Origin: Armatimonadia bacterium
GTDB lineage: Bacteria; Armatimonadota; Zipacnadia; Zipacnadales; UBA11051
NCBI GenBank assembly: GCA_039683575.1
Contig: JBDKRC010000254.1
Span: 1 to 27,828, forward strand
Direction: 5' to 3'
DNA: 27,828 nucleotides
In this document: positions 18,178-25,900 of the stretch, one piece after another
Layout of the letters: every line of letters starts with the position of its first letter
Position numbering within the stretch: the first letter of the stretch is position 1
The notes under the pieces: model-generated
What the model was told of the DNA's origin: nothing
What the model saw: only the letters and a program-made list of their open reading frames with translations
The model's database searches: none
Made by a program: the position numbers and the translations under genes

Positions 18178-18215
18178 GGTTCGGCTGAAGAATGGTCATA
18201 CGACCGAGAGATAAC

Positions 18216-20108
18216 ATGAGCGGCACATATCGAGGTACAACCAGGCTGACGCGCAGCGGCATGACGCTCGCCGAGATCCTCATCGCCATGTTGGTGCTGT
18301 TGGTAGGCATCTATGCGGTGGCCAAGGGTTTCCCGGTGATGCTACACAGCATCCGCGGTGAGGGTGACAGAACAGCCATGGCGCGGCTGGCCGAGGAGAC
18401 CGTAGCCCGGTTGACCGACAACCAGTACGGGCTGCCCGACGCGATCACTGGTGGTGGCGACATCCGGCCGGACACCTTCTCTGAAGACCTGATGGAGCTC
18501 CACACCGTCGTAAATGCCCAGGAAGACATGTTGGAAGTGCGCGGGGAGACGTTCCGCGTACCGGCCCCCTATCGCGATACAGACGGGGCCGTTCCTGCGA
18601 CGAACCCGGCTCGCTACGTACTGAGCGTGGGGCCAACGCAGGTCAGCAACAACGGCTACCCCTATGTCTATATGCTGGTGCCTCTGCAGGAGCGGGCAGA
18701 CAACCCGTCTGCGCTGAACCCCAGCGATGCCACCAACTGGTTCTATGCCGACAACGCCCAGGGCAAGATTGTAGTGCCCTCGACGGTGTTGACGACCGAG
18801 GGTGGGGAGACTCGAACCTGGACCGTCAGTGGCGTCATAGCTGACTATGCCTGGACCCCGAGCACGATCTCTGATGGCGTGGCGACAGCGCACTACGTGC
18901 AGAATGAGACGCCGCTGGAGTTCACGGTGGCTGGCTCAGAAGCGACGGCGACAGTGCACCCCGCCAAGCTCTCCGGCGGATGCCGGCTGGTGCCGGGGCA
19001 GACGCGGGCGTGGGCAAAAATTGACTTCGCGCGCGAGCCTTTTGGTACCACGGAGCCGACGGGTTCGGGCCGTTTCGCGGTGGACCAGTTCGGGACCACG
19101 CTGGCGCTGCATCCCCAGGACGCCGGGCTTACGCTCAAGGTCGACTATCGACTGCGCAACTTCTCCAAGACTGGGGTTGGCGAGGGCGGCACCCCAATCA
19201 TCGAGCGGCGCGAGTTGCTGATGACTGAGGACCGGGTGATCGAGCGGCGGGTGGATCGCACGCACCCCGACGGTACTCAATACACCGATGTCCGCCTGGC
19301 CATCAAGGGCATCGAGCCGGACGCCCTGTTCTCAGATCCCGACGATGACGCTGACGCGACGCAGAATGCTGATGGGAACCCGCGGACAGACGGCCTGCAG
19401 GTGCATGTGCTGGCGGTGGACTTGCTGACGGGGCAGCCATATTACGACGGGGCGGGCTTCGTGCTGGAGGACCCCAACCTGGAGCCCCCGCTCGAGGCTG
19501 GCTTCGACGATGGAGTGGTGACAATCCCGTTGCAGGACAGCAGCGGCAACCCGGAGCCATACCTGGGGCACACCTGGCGGTTCTACTACCGCACAGTCCA
19601 GCGGCACAACCTGCAGGTGCAGAAGGCGCCTCGGGCGTATGTGGACAGCGAGACCGCGTACTCATACCTGGAGAGCACTGCGGGGGTTGACCAGTCTACT
19701 GAAGTTGATTACCGGACCTATCGGTTGCACCACCGGGCCTCAGGCACGGCGAACCGGAATATCGCCGTCCTCGAATTCGGCCAGTGGCTCAGCGACGGCC
19801 CCGAAGACACCTGGACAAGCGCCGAGTCCAATTCTGGCGCGACAGTCGCTGTGAACTATGCTTACTCTCCCAACGCAAACAGCCGGGAATACGTGTGGGG
19901 AGAGCTGCACACGGTGTCGTCCGACGGTCTCGAACTGGCCCTGAATCACGCGACGCTGGACACGAGACCGGTCGAGATCCTTGCTGTGAACGGTGTTTCG
20001 GCACGGGCCCGCGGCTGGTGGTTGGCGCGCAACGGCCGGCAGCGGCAACTGGCGGTGGAGACGGTGTTGTTGCCGACGGCATTGGGTATACTGCCGAGAG
20101 TGCGATAA
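18216..20108 (+). CDS. Large minor pilin, PilV/GspI-like N-terminus (about 630 aa)
   Basis: RSG|MTLAEILIAMLVLLVGI class III signal peptide with E5; long beta-rich extension. Confidence 0.82.
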   Translation: MSGTYRGTTRLTRSGMTLAEILIAMLVLLVGIYAVAKGFPVMLHSIRGEGDRTAMARLAEETVARLTDNQYGLPDAITGGGDIRPDTFSEDLMELHTVVNAQEDMLEVRGETFRVPAPYRDTDGAVPATNPARYVLSVGPTQVSNNGYPYVYMLVPLQERADNPSALNPSDATNWFYADNAQGKIVVPSTVLTTEGGETRTWTVSGVIADYAWTPSTISDGVATAHYVQNETPLEFTVAGSEATATVHPAKLSGGCRLVPGQTRAWAKIDFAREPFGTTEPTGSGRFAVDQFGTTLALHPQDAGLTLKVDYRLRNFSKTGVGEGGTPIIERRELLMTEDRVIERRVDRTHPDGTQYTDVRLAIKGIEPDALFSDPDDDADATQNADGNPRTDGLQVHVLAVDLLTGQPYYDGAGFVLEDPNLEPPLEAGFDDGVVTIPLQDSSGNPEPYLGHTWRFYYRTVQRHNLQVQKAPRAYVDSETAYSYLESTAGVDQSTEVDYRTYRLHHRASGTANRNIAVLEFGQWLSDGPEDTWTSAESNSGATVAVNYAYSPNANSREYVWGELHTVSSDGLELALNHATLDTRPVEILAVNGVSARARGWWLARNGRQRQLAVETVLLPTALGILPRVR

Positions 20109-20113
20109 GGATC

Positions 20114-20938
20114 ATGACAAAGGCGCAACGGCCGAGTAAAGGCTTTACACTGATTGAATTGCTGGTAGTCATCTCCATCATGGCGGTGCTGCTGGCAATC
20201 ATCGTGCCGATCGGCAAGCGGTTGCGCGAGAGCAACAACACGAACCGCTGCGAAGCGCAGTTGGCGCACCTGGGCCAGGCGCTGAAGATGTACTTCCTGG
20301 ATGAGGGCGGACTGCCGCCAGTGGCTGTGGAAGGGCATTTCACCGGGGCTGAAGCCTCCCGCTTCGACCTGCCGACGGAGTGTACCTCGCAGCCGGTGGT
20401 GGATGACGCCACAGTAACACACAACGCCGCGGTGGAAGAGTTCTGGCCCGGGCTGCAGACGCTGTTTTACCTTGACTATCTGAAGGATCGCAAGGTGCTG
20501 CATTGTCCGCGCAACACTGAGGACAGCACCGGGGCCACCCTCACCAGCGGCTCGTCCGAGTTCTACCAGAGCTACACGAAGATGGACGAGAACGCCAAGT
20601 TCGGGGACAACGAGGCCCGCAAATACAAGTACTTCCCGTATCGCTTCGCATTGCCTGCAGACTACCCGGACGATTACCGGCGGCAGTTGACCAGAACGCT
20701 GATCCAGACGAGTGACGGGTACCTTGTAACCGGCGCGAGCTCGAGTATCCCGCCGGATGACACGATTGTGACCTGGTGTGAGTATCACGCCAGCACCTAC
20801 AGCATCAATGGACACGGCCAGTATGTCGTGCTGTTTTGGGACGGCTCAGTGCGGCTACTCGACAAAGAACTATTCACAGACGACGGCGTGGGGCCGGATC
20901 AGGCCTGGATGGTTAGGCCCTCCGACTCTGCGGATTGA
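20114..20938 (+). CDS. Type IV prepilin-like protein with H-X9-DG-like C-terminus
   Basis: SKG|FTLIELLVVISIMAVLLAIIVP; LHCP; WCEYH...VLFWDGSV. The likely start is ATG 20114 after AAGGA, not 19784. Confidence 0.87.
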   Translation: MTKAQRPSKGFTLIELLVVISIMAVLLAIIVPIGKRLRESNNTNRCEAQLAHLGQALKMYFLDEGGLPPVAVEGHFTGAEASRFDLPTECTSQPVVDDATVTHNAAVEEFWPGLQTLFYLDYLKDRKVLHCPRNTEDSTGATLTSGSSEFYQSYTKMDENAKFGDNEARKYKYFPYRFALPADYPDDYRRQLTRTLIQTSDGYLVTGASSSIPPDDTIVTWCEYHASTYSINGHGQYVVLFWDGSVRLLDKELFTDDGVGPDQAWMVRPSDSAD

Positions 20939-20949
20939 GCGAGCATATA

Positions 20950-22632
20950 ATGCAGGCTAAGTACTTTGGCAGGCATAACCGAATAAGGCGCGCCCGGCGC
21001 ACTGGCTTCACGCTCGTGGAAGTGCTCGTGGTCCTGGCCATTCTGGTCATCCTCTTCGGGCTGCTGTTCGCACCGATGATGGCTGGCATTGACATGGCGA
21101 CCTCAGGACGGGTGCACGCCCGCATGCAGGATGTCGCCCGGACGGCCGCCGAGCAGATCCGCCGCGAGCTCGCCAACGCGATCATCGTCTATCCGCCGCC
21201 GACGTACGCGCTGGACAACGGCACGGCGATCACTGACTACTCGCAGATAGTCTTCGTCCCGCCCAAGATGCAGGACGGCCAGCCCGTAACTCCGGCGCAG
21301 CCGCAGACCTGGACCGACCCCGCAACGGGCCAGACCGAGTACCTCGCCATCCGCTACTTCGTGCGGCCGCCAAGCCTCTCCGGCTCCAACCAGTACAATG
21401 AGGACAACCCCTTTGTGCTGATGCGGCAGGAGGGCCTGTACCGGCTAAACTCGGCCACCCACCGCTACGAGTTCGGCGCGGTTGACTCCGCCGATGGCCT
21501 GTTCTATGTGGATCTGGCGTTCAGTGAAAATGCCATCACGCCCCGGGAAGGCTACGACATCCCGGCGACGGCCACCATCCGGCTAAGCGACGGGCGAATG
21601 ACAATTGGTTATCTCCCGCCCGAGAGTGACACCGAGCCCGTCATATACCTGCACGACGGCGTGAAGTTCCAGCCGGCGCGGGTCATGGGCGAGCCGCTGA
21701 CTCCCAGCGAGAACAACAGCGTCTTCAAGGCCCGGCATGGCAACTGGATGGGCAAGCCCAATAACGGCAGCGAAACTCTCGGTGCCACGCCCCTGTCCCC
21801 GACGGAATCCGAACTGCAGCCGCGGCTCATGGTCTACCGTTGGAACGCCCTTGATGAGGCCTTCACGGGTATCGCCCTGGACAGCGCCTCGGCCGCGCGC
21901 GATAACGTCATGCTGCGCTGGAACTCCCGGACCGGCACCGTGCAGATCGGCGACTGGCGAACCGTGCATATCAGCGTGGATGCCAGCAGCGCACCCGCGG
22001 CGGGGGAGTTCTGGCCGATAACCATTGAGGGCGATAGCTACGGTGCTACCGGCAACCTGGCTGGTACCCAGACGGCGCCGCTGTATCCCCTGTATCCCTC
22101 TGCGCCAGTGGCCGCCAACGATCCCAGGATGCCCATCGCGTATCGCATTGACGCGAAGTACAGTGATACCACCGGCGCGGACGCTAAGATCGTGCCGCAC
22201 AGCACGCGGATCACGGTGATGCCTTCGGGTGGACGGCGGACGCAGTACACGCGAGTGGAAACGCCGAACCAGGCTGATATTGGCACGTTTGAGTACTCAG
22301 AGTACTTCACCGGGAATGACCAGCTGTCCGCAGAAGTCCGCTTCAACCAGTTCAACCCGCCAGGTCCCGACATCCTGGGTGGCACGACATTCGACATGTA
22401 CGTCTCGTACTACTACCGGCGCAACTTCCAGAACACGGCGCCCTACCGGGACGACGTGGTATATGCGGATTACTCCACAGGTGAGATCATCAATATCACG
22501 CTGATCCCGCAGCACTACACCGAGCTGGAGACGCTGCCGGGCGTGGCAGGTGGACAGGTTGTGCCGCCTGATATGCCGATCGGTGGCGTGGCAGTGCGTA
22601 CGCAAGCGGTGGTGCACAATGCGCGCCACTAG
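20950..22632 (+). CDS. Large minor pilin, PilW/GspJ-like (about 560 aa)
   Basis: RTG|FTLVEVLVVLAILVILFGLL; QDVARTAAEQIRRELANA helix typical of PilW/GspJ. Confidence 0.83.
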   Translation: MQAKYFGRHNRIRRARRTGFTLVEVLVVLAILVILFGLLFAPMMAGIDMATSGRVHARMQDVARTAAEQIRRELANAIIVYPPPTYALDNGTAITDYSQIVFVPPKMQDGQPVTPAQPQTWTDPATGQTEYLAIRYFVRPPSLSGSNQYNEDNPFVLMRQEGLYRLNSATHRYEFGAVDSADGLFYVDLAFSENAITPREGYDIPATATIRLSDGRMTIGYLPPESDTEPVIYLHDGVKFQPARVMGEPLTPSENNSVFKARHGNWMGKPNNGSETLGATPLSPTESELQPRLMVYRWNALDEAFTGIALDSASAARDNVMLRWNSRTGTVQIGDWRTVHISVDASSAPAAGEFWPITIEGDSYGATGNLAGTQTAPLYPLYPSAPVAANDPRMPIAYRIDAKYSDTTGADAKIVPHSTRITVMPSGGRRTQYTRVETPNQADIGTFEYSEYFTGNDQLSAEVRFNQFNPPGPDILGGTTFDMYVSYYYRRNFQNTAPYRDDVVYADYSTGEIINITLIPQHYTELETLPGVAGGQVVPPDMPIGGVAVRTQAVVHNARH

Positions 22633-22666
22633 AGCGACACTGAAGTGTATGGATCGCGGAAAGATC

Positions 22667-25600
22667 ATGGGCAAGCCGATGCTGCAGTTCAAATCGCCGA
22701 CTATCCGCCAACAGAGGTGCCATGGCCGCAGCGGGCAGGCGCTCATCATCGCTGTGCTGCTGATGTCCGTCATCCTGCTGGTGGGCATCCTGTTTGCCGC
22801 GGTGGTATCGTACAACCAGCAGCAATCGGCACGACACCTGGACGTGGTGGCGGCGCAGCTTCAGGCTGAGGCGGGCGTGAACTACGCCTCTGCGATGCTG
22901 GAGAACAGCCCGCAGGGAGCCGACTGGCGTCCCCGCATGGTCCCTTACACCGGTACCGGTGGCGAGGACCCCGGCGACCCCTCGACCTGGCCGACGGACC
23001 CCTCCACCTGGCCCAGCCCTCCCGCGCGTTACCTCGGCGCAACCGAGGAATATGACTTCAACTTCTGGGGCCCGGATGGGATCCAGGACACAGAAGATGA
23101 CTACTACAGCGAGTTCGACTTGGTTCGCGGCTGGTACCCGCTCCGGCAGGGCACCCGGTCGAATCCGGGCCCCTTCGTCAGACTGGGCTTCCACCGCTTC
23201 CCCGACCCCAACCAGTTCGCGCCAACCTCTACCGAGTACGATAGCACCAACATGGGGAGGGGCTACTTCCTGCTGCAGGTAACGTACGACCCCGATCCGC
23301 CTTACGAGCCCGGCGACCGGATGTCGCAGGACAACATGAGCGGCAATACCCGGATAGTGAGCATCGGGCGCGCAGTCGAGGAGAGCAACACCTTCCGGCG
23401 TCTGACGGCATACAAGCCGATCGGCCTGATGGACCACGCGCGTTGGATCACCAACAAGAGCGGTGACGCGCAGCAGGCAGTGCTGGGCGTGCGTCCGCTG
23501 GTTGATCTCAACTTCTATTCCCCCGCCACCGCGGCCGAGCCGGCGGACCAGACCAACGAAGAGATGCCGACGAACATCGAGGGATCGGTGCGCTCCGAGG
23601 CGCCACTGTACTGGACGGCCACCGATCTTGATGGCACACTCGGCCTGCCGCTGACCGCCTCGTTCCACTTCCGCCTGCGGACCAGTCCCGCCACCAACGA
23701 GGGCTACCTCCGCGACGACCTGCTGCTGGCCCCCGAGGGCCTGTACTCTCTCGACGACCGCGATGGTGCTGCGGTACAGGTTGATGCGGGCGCGGATCTT
23801 CCGCTGCCGCAGGACCTGAACCCCGGCGCCACGGGTGCCCCGACCCGGGTGCACGTATCCAACGAGGACGTCACGGCGCTGGCCCCGGTGGAGCTCGATG
23901 CACGTGATCCTTCAAGCGGGATGTCGCGCTATCACGCTCTGACCCGGGACTCTGGCCAGGTCGTGAAGGCCACCCATGACGATCCAACGAGTGATGTCGT
24001 TGCCGGCGATCCGGTCAACACAGGCATGTTCGGCCGTGGGGCTGGCCTCTACATTGATAACTATAGCGACATCCAGTTCCGTGGCGCAGACGGCCGCAGC
24101 GACTTGAACCGACTCGTGAATGACTGGCTGAAGAGCCCCCAGGGCTCGGCTGGCGCAGAGACAGGTTGGGACCCAACGTTCACGACGTACACGCCGCCGG
24201 CCGTCGAGATCGAGTTCTTCCCTAGCGAGAGCGCAGTGCTGGCCACCTCCACCTCTCCCACGAGCTTCGGTGTCGAGCCGCCCGCCCAAGCAGGCATGCT
24301 CTGGTGGCCTGGACATGTGGCCGGAGCGCCTGGTATCAAGCTCACGCGGCATGACAAGCGCTGGCGGCGGGCCGACAATGAGGGCGGGGCGTGGCACGTG
24401 GGCGAGGATTCCGGGCGCAATGTCATCGTGCTCGACTATCCTGCCTATCCCAACCAGGTGATCTACGCCGAGGGCAACGTGCGGGTCAAGGGCGTGCTGC
24501 CCTCCACCGATCCGGCAGTCCCGGCGCTCAACCGCAGCTTTGACGTGACGGTAGTCTCAAACGGGACGATCTACATCGACGGCCAGTTGATGACAGCCCA
24601 GGACGTGCATGGGCGTCGTTACGGCACCAACGATCCTGATGCCACTGGCATCCTTGACGAGTACACGGCTAAGGTTGCGCTGCTCGCGAAGGATCACGTC
24701 TGCCTCAATCCGACACAGCTTGTGCCGGAGCTGACCAGCGGCATGGTGACCGTCGCCGCTGATGATGAGGCGAATCCGACGCTGCAGGACATGCACTGGG
24801 AGCTATATCCCGATACCGCCGGGACGGTTTGGACGCAGTGGCGCTTCGGATGGCCGACTCAGACCTGGGACGGTGGCGCCTGGGTTGACGGTGCGCCGGG
24901 CGATGCTCTACCCGGTGACGTGAGGGTCATGGTAACCCCAATCCATGCGGCGGCAGACCCAGGGCCGTCCGGCATGGGGATAGTCACGTACCGCGAATCG
25001 CCGGCGCCCCAGCAGAACTCGCTCAACTTCGGTGCTACAGCGCCGTACGACCCGTATACCTTCATGTTTGTGCCGCCAGGGGCGCTGTTGGGCTCGGTGC
25101 CTTCGCCCACGCAGTATGCTTCCAACGCCATCGCGCCGAACTGGCAGGCCCCGGGCTCCACGCCTACCCATGTCTTTGCCAACCCCGTGGTTCCTTTTGA
25201 CATAACGGCGGACTGCAACAAGACCGTCGGTACGGCCAATGGCGTCACGATGGCGTACCGCGATCCGCAGATTGGGGCGGGGTCCACCGCTTACCTGGTT
25301 AAGAAGTGGAAGATCGAAGAACTGCGTCCTGACACAGACGTACTGAAGCCATACCAGATTCCTCAGGGCGCGGTGCACGCGAAGGTCAACGCGCTGATGT
25401 ATGCCCAGCGCGGGAGCTGGTTCGTCATTCCGGGCCAGTATTTCGACCGGACCGCTGTGACGCAGGACTACAACGGTAATGGCGTCGTAGATGGGCAGGA
25501 CAGCCTCTATGCGGCTCGTTTCGCCCGCTACAACTATGAGATTACGGTGCGCGGGGCGATAACTGAGGATCACACAGCGCCTCTGGAGGCAGCACAGACG

Positions 25601-25840
25601 TGGATGGAGCGCTGGGCCTATCCGATCTACACAGGCGGCGGCGACTCGCTGGCCCTGGCCTGGGGCACTATCCGCTATGAGTTCGATGAGCGGCTGCGCA
25701 TGAACCGTGAGCAAAGCCCGACGGCACTGAATGGGGCCGTTCGCAGTGGCGCGATGGGGGCGACCGTGCAAAGCAGCCTGCCAAAGCTCCCCTGTCTACC
25801 GTCCAGTCCCACCCTCATCTATGCCGGAGGGACGCTGTAG
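22667..25840 (+). CDS. Giant PilX/GspK-like minor pilin (about 1057 aa) with predicted beta-solenoid
   Basis: RSG|QALIIAVLLMSVILLVG lacking E5; AEAGVNYA; beta-helix-like rungs VIYAEGNVRVKG, TVVSNGTIYIDG, ITVRGAITE; C-terminal YEFDERL. The start is 22649 or 22667. Confidence 0.8.
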   Translation: MGKPMLQFKSPTIRQQRCHGRSGQALIIAVLLMSVILLVGILFAAVVSYNQQQSARHLDVVAAQLQAEAGVNYASAMLENSPQGADWRPRMVPYTGTGGEDPGDPSTWPTDPSTWPSPPARYLGATEEYDFNFWGPDGIQDTEDDYYSEFDLVRGWYPLRQGTRSNPGPFVRLGFHRFPDPNQFAPTSTEYDSTNMGRGYFLLQVTYDPDPPYEPGDRMSQDNMSGNTRIVSIGRAVEESNTFRRLTAYKPIGLMDHARWITNKSGDAQQAVLGVRPLVDLNFYSPATAAEPADQTNEEMPTNIEGSVRSEAPLYWTATDLDGTLGLPLTASFHFRLRTSPATNEGYLRDDLLLAPEGLYSLDDRDGAAVQVDAGADLPLPQDLNPGATGAPTRVHVSNEDVTALAPVELDARDPSSGMSRYHALTRDSGQVVKATHDDPTSDVVAGDPVNTGMFGRGAGLYIDNYSDIQFRGADGRSDLNRLVNDWLKSPQGSAGAETGWDPTFTTYTPPAVEIEFFPSESAVLATSTSPTSFGVEPPAQAGMLWWPGHVAGAPGIKLTRHDKRWRRADNEGGAWHVGEDSGRNVIVLDYPAYPNQVIYAEGNVRVKGVLPSTDPAVPALNRSFDVTVVSNGTIYIDGQLMTAQDVHGRRYGTNDPDATGILDEYTAKVALLAKDHVCLNPTQLVPELTSGMVTVAADDEANPTLQDMHWELYPDTAGTVWTQWRFGWPTQTWDGGAWVDGAPGDALPGDVRVMVTPIHAAADPGPSGMGIVTYRESPAPQQNSLNFGATAPYDPYTFMFVPPGALLGSVPSPTQYASNAIAPNWQAPGSTPTHVFANPVVPFDITADCNKTVGTANGVTMAYRDPQIGAGSTAYLVKKWKIEELRPDTDVLKPYQIPQGAVHAKVNALMYAQRGSWFVIPGQYFDRTAVTQDYNGNGVVDGQDSLYAARFARYNYEITVRGAITEDHTAPLEAAQTWMERWAYPIYTGGGDSLALAWGTIRYEFDERLRMNREQSPTALNGAVRSGAMGATVQSSLPKLPCLPSSPTLIYAGGTL
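22976..23017 (+). repeat. 21-bp tandem duplication encoding DPSTWP(T/S) twice
   Basis: gacccctcgacctggccgacg / gacccctccacctggcccagc. Confidence 0.7.
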
Positions 25841-25900
25841 GGCGGCCACTGCTGTGCCTCTTTTCGCTCGCTTGTCGTTTTCCGCGGAGGTCCAGATATA

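Noticed and set aside
18138-18178. c-di-GMP-I riboswitch (starts GGGCAAACC, ends AGTTGCC, sits among pilin genes)
   Set aside because: It lacks the GACGCAAAGC junction and the whole P3 helix; a simple hairpin explains the sequence
19784-20113. N-terminal extension of the 384-aa ORF (similarly 17216-17320 and 22550-22648)
   Set aside because: These overlap upstream genes or leaders; the prepilin leaders and RBS positions indicate later starts
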